From Octopus vulgaris (lineage: Eukaryota): a stretch of DNA of 64,000 nucleotides. The DNA lies in contig OX597816.1 of assembly GCA_951406725.2 (NCBI GenBank), positions 49,166,001 through 49,230,000 on the forward strand. Reading direction: 5' to 3'. The notes beneath the pieces were generated by a model. It did no database searches and had not been told where the DNA came from. It saw only the letters and a program-made list of their open reading frames with translations. Position 1 is the stretch's first letter. Each line of letters begins with the position of its first letter. Of the stretch, positions 13,001 to 26,351 are shown piece by piece. Position numbers and translations under genes: made by a program.

Positions 13001-14540
13001 TTCACATTCATAAACAAGCTGGAAATAAGAGACTTTTTAGGTACACGGATCTGGACATGAACTCTGCACACTACAGAATCGTACAACATTATTACACAGC
13101 AAATTTTGTTGGGCAACAGAAGATATATTGTAGTACAAGATTGCAGACACCATAATAAATTCATAAAAAAAACCTCTTCTGAAACGCAAACAGAATAAAT
13201 ATATGATGACAAACTACGAGAGCAGATAGCATTTCAAGCACGGAAATATCAGTTCTAAATGTATAATATTTGAAGTCAACCAGAGGAAACAATGAAAATA
13301 ACGAATTAGCCAATGAAAAAGTAATGGCAATTTGGAGATGCCGGACTGAGAGAATATGATTAATTATTCGCAAAATTTACCGATACCACTGATACCACAC
13401 AAAACACAAGTTAATACATATATGAACACAATAGCAAAATTCGTGAAACCGGATTTATTAATGAAATAAACCAATATGGACGGGGAAGAGTAACAGCACA
13501 ACTATAATCAATAAGACAGCAGTGGGCTAAATGGTATAAAAAGACATTCTAGATAACCTAATATATTATTAAAATCGGCCAACAGAGACAAACACCCAAA
13601 GTATTAGGCAACGAAACGTAACAGGTAAATGAAAAAAAGAAGCAAAAAGAAACAAAAGATACACCAATGTAAAAATATTTAGAGTGGTGTACATTGACAG
13701 AAATAGAACGAACTTGCTTTTATATGAAGTCTATTTTAAATACTGAAGCTGAGTGGCGTGAAACTTGAGTTGTAAGGTAAAGAATGTGGCTAAAATAAAC
13801 AATATATAATCTATAGTATATTATGAATAGTCTCTTTCGGTTGTAGTTAGAAAGTGAGATATTTGCACATGTATGTATGTATGCATGCATATTCTTCTGT
13901 TTGTGTTTTTAATTTAAAGTAAATTTTGACCGGCCATCTACTTGATATCTACATTGTGAAGGAAAGCACCTTGGTGTATAAAAATGGGAATAAGAATAGA
14001 ATGTGAATATCGAAGCAAAATATAAATTTTTATACAAACAACATGACATGCCCTAAAAATAACCCCCCAACTTCCAGAAAGAGACAGGGCATACACTAAA
14101 TAACAATAAAAAAAGTAAAGAAACTGACCAGCTTAAATATACTACCAACTTACCCCTAATAAATACCGTTAGAAAAAGCTGACATACCAAATTACTAAGG
14201 TTTCGAACAGAGGCCTACACTTTGAACCTTTGCCCCTTACATTGTGAAAGTAGAGGATCAATTCCAATAAAAACAAACGACTAAAACTAATGACGCATTC
14301 CATACCTGCCAACAAAGCGAACACACCTAAGTATTCATACCAGCTTAAACAGTTCTACGTACATAAATAAATTCTTAACAATAATATAACCCCAAGTTTA
14401 ATCAATAAATATTTCTCCAAAAATTCTCTCCATCGTAACCCATCCTAAAATCAAATTACCATTCCGCTCAAACCCACATACAGAAGGAAAATTTCAAATC
14501 AACAGAGATTATGCAAAGCCAAAATTAATTTCAATGCATC

Positions 14541-14585
14541 ACAGTTCGACGAAGGCTTAATTGGCCAAAACTTCGAAGTCACTGT
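14541..14585 (+). ncRNA. Degenerate hammerhead motif, same family as 6389-6432
   Basis: acagt-TCGACGA-a-GGC-ttaattg-GCC-AAAA-CTTCGAAG-TC-actgt. Stems I and III are identical to the 6389 copy and stem II differs but still pairs. The core is mutated. Confidence 0.5.
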
Positions 14586-14830
14586 CAGTAATATTCTTGT
14601 TTAAGGATAATAAATTTGTATGCTACAAAAGCATAGAGTAACCCTTCAGATAAATGTAAAATTGTTTTTATTGTAACTGAAAATAAAAAGAAACATGCAA
14701 ATATATCATACATACATTTTGATATCCTTGCGCACAGATTAAGGACAGGCCGATAGACAGATTCCTGCACGCAATCACACACACTCACACACTTGTGTGC
14801 GTATGTATGTTGTATGTATGTATGTATGTA

Positions 14831-14887
<57 letters not shown>

Positions 14888-15293
14888 CGGAGGCAAAAAA
14901 AGATCATATGTAAACATTAACTTTGAAATTCAATCAGTGCATGGATATTTCAGTGTTGGACTGATCCCCAGAAAACAATGTACAGATACTATGCAGACTA
15001 GGAAACGAAAATCTGTACGAGAACATTAATAAATGTAATTACGATGTATAATAACTCTATTGCAAAAAAAAAATAAATAAATAAAATGAAAATTCTCAAT
15101 GAGGAACTATGTGTCAGAGAGAAAACCGAGAAAAAGGAAAGGGAAGCTTAGATTAAATGGCACTCTATATTTGGTAAACATGGAGAATAATAAAGAGGAA
15201 AAACTATTTCTATCCTGTAACAGCATATAAGCTTAACGAAGCATGACATTGCACGCTTTTTTAACCAACACTACTATATATGCATGTTTGTGA

Positions 15294-15347
<54 letters not shown>

Positions 15348-15684
15348 ACATGTTTGTGCGTTTATATGTATATATGTGTACATGTTTATATAAATATATA
15401 TTTTATATATAGATGTACCATAGCGTGTGTATTGTGTAACATAGGCTACTTTAGTTTACAAGTTGTAATTTTTGTATAGATGCAAATAAAACCTGCATAT
15501 CAGCAGGGGGAAGATCATTGCTGAACAGCTGTGCGATCGGAGATCTAATTCCAGTGGATGGTTCATTGTTTCTTACCTTCTGCTATAGAGTTGGACCGTC
15601 TTGGCGATTCTGAATTTGGGGATTAGACTCTTACCAGATCGACGTCCCTGTGATTGTGATCTCTTGAGCACCACCAGCAAAACA

Positions 15685-15858
15685 ATTTTTTTCCTCTGTC
15701 TTCCCTTCTCGGGATCTTTCCTTCCCCTTTGTTTCCGACGAAGAGCTCCGCTCGAAACGTTAAACCCTCCTTCCCTTCTTTCCTGAGCGTCAAATAATAC
15801 TTTAATTGTTCCACGTCCTCACGTTGCTGTGTTTTTTTCTGTGTTTTCTTGTTTGGAT

Positions 15859-15862
<4 letters not shown>
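15685..15862 (+). mobile_element. Penelope-pLTR-like short repeat carrying an HHR-like motif (15731-15765)
   Basis: gttt-CCGACGA-a-GAGC-tcc-GCTC-GAAA-CG-TT-aaac. A paralogue lies at 49217-49393. The element ends at (TA)n. Confidence 0.65.
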
Positions 15863-15909
<47 letters not shown>

Positions 15910-16153
15910 ATACACATATACATAGCAATGTATGTGTGTGTGTTTGTGTTGGTCCTCGAACAGCCTCTTAACTGCGATTAGTTTGCTTACGTACAAATAA
16001 TCTAAAGTTTCGGCATCGGTAACTGATAAAACCAATACAGAATTTAAGACAGCGTGGCATCTTGGGCAAGTGTCTTCTGCTATAGCAAATACTTACTGAT
16101 AAAAATATGAGAATAATATAAGGATAATAAAATATATATATAAATTTCCTATA

Positions 16154-16548
16154 CGGCTGTGTGGTAAGTAGCTTGCTAACCAACCACATGGTTCTGGGTT
16201 CAGTCCCACTGCGTGGCATCTTGGGCTAGTGTCTTCTGCTATAGCCTCGGGCCGACCAAAACATTGTGAGTGGATTTGGTAGACGGAAACTGAAAGAAGC
16301 CTGTCGTATATATGTATATATATATATAAGTATGTGTGTGTGTATGTTTGTGTGTCTGTGTTTGTCCCTCTAGAATTGCTTGACAACCGATGCTGGTGTG
16401 TTTACATTCCCGTCACTTAGCGTTTCGGCAAAATAGACCGATAGAATAAGTACTGGGCTTACAAAGAATAAGTCGCGGGGTGGATTTGCTCGACTAAAGG
16501 TGGTGCTCCAGCATGGCCGCAGTCAAATGACTGAAACAAGTAAAAGAG
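16154..16548 (+). mobile_element. SINE family A, near full length
   Basis: High similarity to 11349-11815. Confidence 0.85.
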
Positions 16549-16793
16549 TATACATTCATACACACATACATGCATACACACATATCTACATCGATACATA
16601 GATACATACATACATATATACATACATACATACATACATACATACATACATACATACATACATACATACATGCATGCATATATGCATACAGACATACATG
16701 CATGCATGAATGCATACACACACACACAGACATACATGCATATATACATACGTACTTACATGCATACATACATACATGATATTTCAATAGATA

Positions 16794-17160
16794 TGGTGGA
16801 GAGATGACAGAATTGGTAGCACGCCGGATAAAATTCTTAGCAGCATTTCATCCGTCTTTATGTTCTGAGTTCAAATTTCGCCGAGGTCGAATTTGTCTTT
16901 CATACTTTCGGGGTCGATAAAATAAGTACGCGTCAAACAGTGGTGTCGATATTATCAACTAGACACCTTCTCCAAAATTGCAAGCCTTGTGTCTATAATC
17001 GAAAGAACTATTATATATAACGGCTTAGTTACAGAGTCGTTAGCATGCGGAACAAAATATTTAGCAACATTTTCTTCATCTGTACGTTCTGAGTTCAAAT
17101 TCCACCGAGGTTGACTTCGCTATTCATTCTTTCGGTGATCGATAAATTAAATAGCAGTCA
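16794..17160 (+). mobile_element. Two diverged SINE family B copies
   Basis: gttctgagttcaaatt(t/c)c(g/a)ccgaggt...ttcgg(g/t)g..cgataaa cores. Confidence 0.7.
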
Positions 17161-17294
17161 AATCCTACTTTCTTTGGATTCACAGTCACTGATAGGGTTG
17201 TGGGGTTGGGATGCCTTGTGAAACACAGTGTATCTTGGATATTTTAAACATGGTGGATCTCAGCGCCGGTGAGGCTAAAATATATGTTGATTTC

Positions 17295-17475
17295 GAGAGA
17301 GAGAGAGAGAGAGATAGAGAGGAAAAGAGAGACAGAAAGAGAGAGACAGAAAGAGATAGAGAGAAATAGAGAAAGAGAGATGGACAGAGAGAGAGAGAGA
17401 GGGAGAGAGGGGATGACAGAAAGAGTTCGGGGTAGACTTATGATCAGATATGCGGAAAAAAAAGAGAGAGAGAAA
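17295..17475. repeat. Degenerate (GA)n microsatellite
   Basis: Directly visible. Confidence 0.9.
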
Positions 17476-17499
17476 GTTGTTAGACCTATGATAGAAATC

Positions 17500-19113
17500 G
17501 ACCAACCAGCCAAAAAGACGAGTCACCGACCTACCAAAAAACCAGCCAACCAACCGACAAACCAATCAAGCAGGCGATCCACCGATCAACCAGGCGATCC
17601 ACCGACCAACCAATCAAACAACAAACCAACCAGCCGACCAACCGACCAACCGGACAACCAGCCAAACAATCGACAAACCAACCAACCAGCCGACCCACCG
17701 ACCAACCGACCAACCAACCAGCCAGCAAACCCACGCCCAACCAACCAACCAGCCGACTCACGACCAACCGACCGACCAACCAACCAACCAACCAACCAAC
17801 CAACCAACCGACCCACCAACCAACCAACCAACCAACCAGCCAACCAACCGACACATCAACCAACCGACAAATCAACCAACCAGCCGACAAACGACCAACC
17901 GTCCAGCCGACCAGCCGACCCACTGACCAACCAGCCAACCAGCCAACCAACCGACAAACCAACTAGCCAGCCGACCCAACGACCAACCACCCAACCTACC
18001 AACAAATCAACCAACCAGCCAACCAACCGACAAACCAACCAACCACCCGACACACGACCAACCGACCAACCAACCAGCCGACCAACCGACTAACCAGCCA
18101 ACCAACCAGCCGACACACCGACCAACCAACCAACCAACCAACCAACCAACCAACAAGCCAACCAACCGACCAACTAACCAACCAGCCGACCCACGACCAT
18201 CCGACCAACCAGCAAACCACCCGACCCACGACCAATCGACCAACTAACCAACCAGCCGATTCACCGACAAACCAACCAGCCAGCCAACCAACCGACAAAC
18301 CAACCAACCAACCGACACACGACCAACCGACCAACCAACCAACCAGCCGACAAACGACCAACTGACCAACAAACCAACCAGCCGATTCACCGACCAACCA
18401 ACCAGCCAGGCAACCAACCGACCAACCAACCAACCGACAAACGACCAACTGACCAACAAACCAACCAGCCGATTCACCGACCAACCAACCAGCCAGGCAA
18501 CCAACCGACAAACCAACCAACCAGCTGACCCACGACCAACCGACCAACCGACCAACCGACCAACCGACCAACCAACCATCCAGCCGACCCACCGACCAAC
18601 CAACCAACCAACCAACCAACCAACCAGCCAGGCAACCAACCGACAAACCAACCAACCAGCTGACCCACGACCAACCGACCAACCGACAAAACAACCAACC
18701 AACCGACACACGACCAACCGACTAACCAACCAACCAGCCGACAAACGACCAACCGACCAACCAACCAACCAACAAGCCAACCCACCGACCAACCAGCCAA
18801 CCAGCCAACCTCACCGACAAACCAACTAACCAGCCGACCCACGACCAACCGACCAACCAGCCAGCCGACCCACGACCAACTGACCAACCAACCTACCAAC
18901 CAACCAGCCGACCCACCGCTCAACCAACCAACCAGCAAACCAACCGACCAACCAACCAACCAGCCGACCCACGACCAACCGACCAACCAACCAACCAACC
19001 AGCCGACACACGACCAACCGACCAACCAACCAACCAGCCGACACACGACCAGCCGACCAACCAACCAACCAGCCATCCGGCCAACCAGCCAACCGACCCA
19101 CTATCTAACCAAC
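17500..19113. repeat. ~1.6-kb degenerate (ACCA/ACCG/GCCA)n tetranucleotide satellite with higher-order duplications
   Basis: Directly visible. Longer blocks recur, for example ccagccgattcaccgac and aaccagccaggcaaccaaccgac. Confidence 0.9.
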
Positions 19114-19434
19114 TGTTATTTTTATATAAAGGTCACTTAATTAAAGATGGGTTGGTCACGACGTGGGACTACTTTATCTTACCCGCTTTTTACTGTTTTA
19201 TTTAATTATTATTAGTATTTATTATTAGTATTTATTATTGTTTATTACTGCTTTATATATTTATACACTTTTACATTGTTTAAGCTGTTGTTGTTGTTGT
19301 TGTTGTTGTAGTATTAAGTTTGTTGTGATAGTTATAAGACATATTTAAAAAAAAATACTTGGACCGGAAAAGATAGCATTGTTTATAATAAGTGTGTATG
19401 TACATAATACATACATATATATGTGCGTGTGTAT

Positions 19435-19491
<57 letters not shown>

Positions 19492-19639
19492 AGTGTGTGT
19501 TTGTGTGTGTAGGTAGGTAGGTTAATATATAAATGTATACACACACATATACATGTGTATGTATGTACGTATGTATGTAATGTATGTGTATGTATACATG
19601 TGTGCGTATACATGTATGTATATATTTATGTGTGTATAT

Positions 19640-19910
19640 CTTCCTGTTTGGGTTTGTCTCTCAAGACAGCTTGACAACCGGCGTTCACGTCCCCGTAACT
19701 TAGTGGTGCGGCAAAAAGAGACCCATAGAATGAGTAACAGACTTTAAAACAAATACTGGAATCGATTTATTCAATTAAACTATTCAAGGCGGTGCTCCAG
19801 CATGACCACAGTACAATAACTAAAACAAAACACGCATATATATATATATGTACGTATGTATATATGTATACATACACACACGCACACACATACGCGCGCA
19901 CGCACTCACG

Positions 19911-19951
<41 letters not shown>

Positions 19952-20235
19952 TCATACACATATACGAGACCAAAAGAATAAATAGTGCTAAACTTTATAA
20001 AAGAAAAAATACTGAAATAAAAAAAATGAAAAAAATATAAGGATAATAAAATATAGATAAATTTCCTATACGGCTGTGTGGTAAGTAGCTTGCTAACCAA
20101 CCACATGGTTCCGGGTTCAGTCCCACTGCGTGGCATCTTGGGCAAGTGTCTTCTGCTATAGCCTCGGGCCGACCAAAGCCGACCATATCCTTGCGAGTGG
20201 ATTTGGCAGTTCAGTGACTGAAATGAATAAAAGAA
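19640..20235 (+). mobile_element. SINE family A fragments (3' half 19640-19830; 5' half 20071-20235)
   Basis: Similarity to family A copies. Confidence 0.75.
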
Positions 20236-20887
20236 TGCATTTGATATATATAGGAATATGCGTATATCTATGCACCAAAATATATATAAATCAAATATAC
20301 GATATAATACTTGACGGAAAGTATAAATAACTGATACATAATTTTTTAAGGCATTACATTACGGATTTCCGGTTTTCTCTCACAATAAACAATTTTTTTT
20401 TTATTTCCGTGCCATTGAACTTATCCGATGAGTCGAAAAGATATAAATTTCCAGTGGTTGTTACACAAATGAGTTTAGATTAAAGAAAACAGAAAATGTG
20501 TGGGCAGCTCAAATCTACCGAGCTGAACAGATTTGTATCTACAGGTTTAAATATTGTCCATAGAGGCATAACCCGTAAATTATTCAAAATGAATTTAGAT
20601 TGTTAGACGTATTATCAAAGAGGTAATAAGATTCAAATGAAGTTAACACAGTTTTGTTTACAGACATTATAACACGTTGAAATGATACGAAAAATCATTA
20701 TAATTACATAAAACTCGAGGCTTCAAAACTGGTTGTCTCCTACGCACCACATTTAAACATATAGTTTCTTTTGTTTGCTGTATAATGTGGCATGCCAATG
20801 TTACCTTAAAATAAATTTTAAAATTGTTCTTCTGACACCTCATTCATAATTTTCTTGGAAATTTCTTTGGAAATAGCCCATCCTAAA

Positions 20888-22232
20888 TATTGGTTTCAAA
20901 CTTTGTCACAAGGCCAGCGATTTCGGGGAGAAGTGTTAAATTGATTTCATCGAAACAAATGTTCAACCGATACTTATTTTATCGACCCCTGTGGTCAACT
21001 GGTTCTATTTTTTTGTTGACCCTAATGGTCAATTAGTACTTATCTTATCATTCCCGAAAGGATGAAAAGCACAGGCGAACTCGGCGGCATTTGACCATAG
21101 AAGGTAAAGTCGGTACAAAAAAGACGCTAATTATTTTACCCGGCGCCGTAGCGATTCCGTCAACTCACTCACACTAAATATTCTTTTCTACTGTAGGCAC
21201 AAGGCCCGAAATTTTGGGGGAGGGAGTCAGTCGATTACCTCGACCCCAGTACGCGAATGGTACTTAATTTATCAATCCCGAAAGGATGAAAGGCAAAGTC
21301 GACCTAGGCGGAATTTGAACTCAGAACGTAACGGCAGACGAAACACCGCTAAGCATTTCACCTAGCGTGCTAACATTTCTTATTTCTTTATTGCCCACAA
21401 GGGGCTAAACATAGAGGAGACAAACAAGGACAGACAAACGGATTAAGTCGATTACATCGACACCAGTGCGTAACTGGTACATAATTTATAAACCCCGAAA
21501 GGATGAATGGCAAAGACGACCTCGGTGGAATTTGAACTCAGAACGTAACGGCAGACGAAATAAGGCTACGCATTTTTCCCGGCGTGCTAACGTTTCTCCC
21601 AGCTCGCCGCTTTAATATACATTTTTATATATGTATTTCTTTATTGCCCATAGGAGGCTAAACATAGAGGGGGCAAACAAGGACAGACAAGGGCTTTAAG
21701 TCGATTACATCAACCCCAGTGCATAACTGGTACTTATTTAATCGACCCCGAAAAGATGATAGGCAAAGTGGACCTCGGCGGAATTTGAACTCAGAACGTA
21801 ACGGCAAACGAAATACCTATTTCTTTACTACCCACAAGGGGCTAAATACAGATGAGACAAACAAGGACAGACAAAGGTATTAAGTCGATTATATCGACCC
21901 CAGTGCGTAACTGGTACTTAATTTATCGACCCCGAAAGGATGAAAGACAAAGTCGACCTAGGCGGAATTTGAACTCAGAACGTAACGGCAAACGAAATAC
22001 CTATTTCTTTACTACCCACAAGGGGCTAAATACAGATGAGACAAACAAGGACAGACAAAGGTATTAAGTCGATTATATCGACCCCAGTGCGTAACTGGTA
22101 CTTAATTTATCGACCCCGAAAGGATGAAAGACAAAGTCGACCTAGGCGGGATTTGAACTCAGAACGTAGCGGCAAACGAAATATTGCAAAGTTTTTCTCC
22201 CGGCATTCTAACGTTTCTGCCAGCTCGCCGCT
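20888..22232 (-). mobile_element. Head-to-tail array of SINE family B copies
   Basis: About 6 units. The two units spanning about 21817-22180 are near-identical (period ~184 bp). Confidence 0.9.
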
Positions 22233-22604
22233 TTCAACCACTCTAGATATTAGCAGCGGGCACGGACATTTTATATCTTCAGACGGAGAGTTGGAGAAAC
22301 CTGCGAAATATAATTAATATCACTAGTAATCTTAATGATATATATAGTCTCATATCTAGTAGTATAGTTAATTGTTGCTTAGTATACAAAGACATATAGC
22401 CACAGAAACATTTATATATGTTTAATTTAATACTGTGACATTTTAAGTTATAAGAAAGGTACATCATTTTACATATATTGCATAACTAGAATCTAGACAC
22501 ACGCGCCCACGCGTCTATGTATATATACATGTATGTGCATGTGTACGTGAATGTGTGTGAGTGTGAGTGTGTGTGAGTGTGTGTGTGTGAGTGTGTGTGT
22601 GTGT

Positions 22605-22635
<31 letters not shown>

Positions 22636-22691
22636 AGTGTGTGTGTGTGAGTTTGTGTGTGAGAGTATTGTGTAAATGTGTGCATGTGAGT

Positions 22692-22855
22692 TTGTGGCTA
22701 TGCGGTGAGAAGTTTGTTTCCCAACAACCTGGTTCCAGGCACAATCCCACTAAGTAACACATTAGATATGTTACTGTCTTCTACTATATTCTCCTGTGGC
22801 CGATGAAATCCTCGTGACTAGATTTGATAGGAAGAAACTGAAAAAGACCGTCATG
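22692..22855 (+). mobile_element. SINE family A 5' half, diverged
   Basis: tggctatgcggtgag...gaaactgaaaaagaccgtc. Confidence 0.6.
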
Positions 22856-22906
22856 TATATATAAATACAAATACATACATATATTATATATGTATATATA
22901 TATATA

Positions 22907-23200
22907 TCTTTCGTTATATATATAAAACTGAGAATGTGTGTCTGTCTGTCTGTGTGTTTCCCTAAAACTTGAGAACTACACAACCAATTTCATTCAAATT
23001 TTACACATGCCTTACTTAGGGTCCATGTAGTTTCATGGGCAAAACAAATGTTCAACTTCTTGCCTAGAGCGAGCCCATAGCAATATCATATCTTTTCCAC
23101 TATTTTAGTATTACGTGTTAAAAGTGAAACAAAAACATTTCTCTATTTTATGTCAGATGCCTTCACTTTAACAATAGAAATAATAATAACAATTGAATTA
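22907..23200 (+). mobile_element. Helitron-like non-autonomous element, 5' part
   Basis: The start tc...tatatataaaactgagaatgtgtgtctgtc...accaatttcattcaaattttacac resembles the 5' ends of the Helitrons at 25569 and 28040. No 3' end was found. Confidence 0.5.
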
Positions 23201-23339
23201 TATGTAGTAAGTAATAATTAAAATCAAACTAAAGTATAATATAATCGTAACATAACAAAAGTAAAAATAGCAATTGGTATAAAATTGCATCAATGATTTG
23301 AACTTGAATAAGTGGTTTCACAGGAATGAGAATAAATTA

Positions 23340-23760
23340 AAAATAAAATTAGTGTGCAGAAATGGAATAGTCCAGATGGATGATAAAAAATTAAATTAGA
23401 GAAAAGTCTATAAAGTATACAATGTAGGGAAAAAAGAAGATTTGAACACCTGGAGGAAAGCACCTTCGAAAAGTGTCTTAGTGCGACTTCAAAGGATATC
23501 TAACCAGAGGCGCTAAATTCGCCACAATAGAAGCAAGTTTCGAGTCAACGGAGCGGGCAAGAGAGTACTCGACTCGAACTTGCAAAGTGGAAATATTTTA
23601 TTTTAACCTTTATATCTGGGACGTAGGACGTCCCGGGTAAAAATTAAACCCCCCCCCACCAGAAGTAGAGGTAGGCTGGATTATAGCAACACTTCTATAC
23701 AAGAGGGAGGACAAGATACAATTGATTGAAATTACAAGAGACGGGCTAAAAATTCCAGTC
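23340..23760 (+). pseudogene. Decayed L1/Tx1-like ORF1 fragment
   Basis: Frameshifted translation YLTRGAKFATIEASFES...LYLGRRTSRVKI...EVGWIIATLL aligns by eye to YLTRERKFAMLELRLAS...IYLGRRASQVRV...DVTWLEATIL in the element at 41144-42347. Confidence 0.65.
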
Positions 23761-23931
23761 TGTTATATATTTTGAGTATTGTTATCACTAGCGATATCAA
23801 GATATAACTTTGTATTTTGTATTTTATGTGTAGATGTATATATATAGATGTACATGTAATATGTACACATATATATACACATATATACATGCACTGGCAC
23901 TATGACCCGGCAACGACTGGTCATAATGCTA

Positions 23932-23968
<37 letters not shown>

Positions 23969-24035
23969 TACATATACATATATACTTATATACACAAATA
24001 TATATGGATATATATATGTATATATTTATTAAGAG

Positions 24036-24072
<37 letters not shown>

Positions 24073-24581
24073 CTAGCAGTATCGTCCGGCGTTGCTCGGG
24101 TTTGTAAGGGAAATAACTATATAAGCATTTTTAGAGAGTTACTTCCCTTATAAATTCGGGCTTTCTTAGCCATTTTTGTTTTGTTGTCTTCAAGCCATGA
24201 AGTCGTTGTTCTAAAAGAACGCTGGTCTCCTTCACAACGCATTACGACGTTGATTTCTTTACACTCCCTTCCCCACAGCTTCACGAGGGAGGGAAGAAGG
24301 GGGAGAAGCAAACAGGTGCAGCTGTGAGCGTGGACGCCAACTCCGCCGCCATCGACACACGATGCATTTTATGCATTAAAATGGAATAAAAAATGATATT
24401 AAATTATTTTTTAAATCGTAGACTCATCGTTGACGCGCGCTAATAGTCAGACGGGCTCGATATGAATCACGACTATAAGATACCCGAATTTGGTTAAACT
24501 GCACCGCAAAATGTGGGAGGAGTTAGGAATCTAAATCGAAGGGGACAGACACTCACACAACTATAGTTTTATATATATAGA
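24073..24581 (-). mobile_element. Non-autonomous Helitron (~510 bp)
   Basis: The minus strand begins A|TC-TATATATATAAAAC and ends with the hairpin cccgagcaacgccgga plus CTAG|T. No TSD. Confidence 0.85.
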
Positions 24582-24589
24582 TATATATG

Positions 24590-24940
24590 GCTTGACAACT
24601 GATGTTAGTTTGTTTACGTCCTCGCAACTTAGTGCTTCAGCAAAATATACCGATAGAGTAAGTACCATAATTTAGATATAAGTACTGGAGTCAATTTATT
24701 TGATTAAAACTCAATGCGTTGCTCCATCATGGCCACTGTCCGTGTACTGAAACAGCAATTATAGTGGAGAGGATAAGTCGATTACGTTGACTCCAATGCT
24801 CAACTGGTACTTATTTTATCGACCTTGGGAGTATGATAAGCAAAGTCAACCTCCGGGGAATTTGAACTCGGAACGTAAGGACGTTTAAAATGCCAGTAAG
24901 CAGGTTGCTCGGCGTGTGAACAATGCTGCCATTTCGCTGA
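24590..24940. mobile_element. Diverged SINE A 3' half (+) and SINE B (-) fragments
   Basis: Family A motif gcttgacaac...gatagagtaagtac. Family B motif gcaaagtcaacctccggggaatttgaactc. Confidence 0.6.
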
Positions 24941-25065
24941 CTTAGTCATAACAACGTTTACAATATATGCAAACTTATACTTACGCTCACACATTCAGAG
25001 GCATCTTCTCTCTCTGTCGCTCTCTGTCTTTCTCCCCCCTCTCTGCCTATCTCTTCGTCTCTCTC

Positions 25066-25139
<74 letters not shown>

Positions 25140-25465
25140 CCTTCGTAACGCGGAGTAGACGAAACAGGGACAACTGAAGAAGGGGAATATTCCTTGTGTG
25201 GTGTGTCTTGTTTGAAAAAAAGTTCGTTTCCATGTTTATGTTTTTATGTTTTCGTGTCTCAAGGTGTTCAGCGTTTTTTTTTGTGTAATGTACCCATATA
25301 TGCATGTATATATACATATAGATGTAGGTATGTACATATATGTATGTATATATGCATATATTTATATATTATTTATATTATCATATGATCGAACGCCGCG
25401 CATCCTTTTCCAAGTAAGTTTTATCCATCCATCTATGTATGTATGTATGTATGTATGTATGTATG

Positions 25466-25505
<40 letters not shown>

Positions 25506-25568
25506 CCTCTATCTATCTGTCTATCTATCTATCCCCCCCCTCTCTCTCTCTCTCTATATATATATATA

Positions 25569-26074
25569 TCTATATGTATAAAACTCTAGTTGTGTGAGTG
25601 TCTGTCCCCTTCGATTTAGATTCCTAACTCCTCCCACATTTTGCGGTGCAGTTTAACCAAATTCGGGTATCTTATAGTCGTGATTCATATCGAGCCCGTC
25701 TGACTATTAGTGCGCGTCAACGATGAGTCTACGATTTTAAAAATAATTTAATATCATTTTTCATTCCATTTTAATGCATAAAATGCATCGTATGTCGATG
25801 GCGGCGGAGTTGGCGTCCACGCTCACAGCTGCACCTGTTTGCTTCTCCCCCTTCCCTCCCTCGTGAAGCTGTGGGGAAGGGAGTGTAAAGAAATCAACGT
25901 CGTAATGCGTTGTGAAGGAAACCAGCGTTCTTTTAGAACAACGACTTCATGGCTTGAAGACACCAAAACAAAAATGGCTAAGAAAGCCCGAATTTATAAG
26001 GGAAGTAACTCTCTAAAAATGCTTATATAGTTATTTCCCTTACAAACCCGAGCAACGCCGGGCGATACTGCCAG
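25569..26074 (+). mobile_element. Non-autonomous Helitron, same family as 24073-24581, inverted
   Basis: A|TC start, 3' hairpin cccgagcaacgccggg followed by CCAG|T (CTAG with one change). Near-identical to the reverse complement of 24073-24581. Confidence 0.85.
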
Positions 26075-26122
26075 TATATATATATATCTATATATCTATA
26101 TACATGTCTATATAGATATATC

Positions 26123-26216
<94 letters not shown>

Positions 26217-26246
26217 TAGATCTATATCTATATATCTATCTATCTA

Positions 26247-26285
<39 letters not shown>

Positions 26286-26297
26286 CTGTCTACCTAC

Positions 26298-26351
<54 letters not shown>

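Noticed and set aside
17269-19101. Long ORFs (PTNQ-rich, LVGW-rich)
   Set aside because: Translations of the tetranucleotide satellite, which lacks stops because of its composition.
20421-20447. CCGATGA-gtc-GAAA as a minimal hammerhead
   Set aside because: Stem I is out of register and stem III is not palindromic, so this is likely chance.
20888-22232. Regularly spaced repeats resembling a CRISPR array
   Set aside because: The units are ~180-bp SINE copies without unique spacers, there are no cas genes, and the context is eukaryotic.
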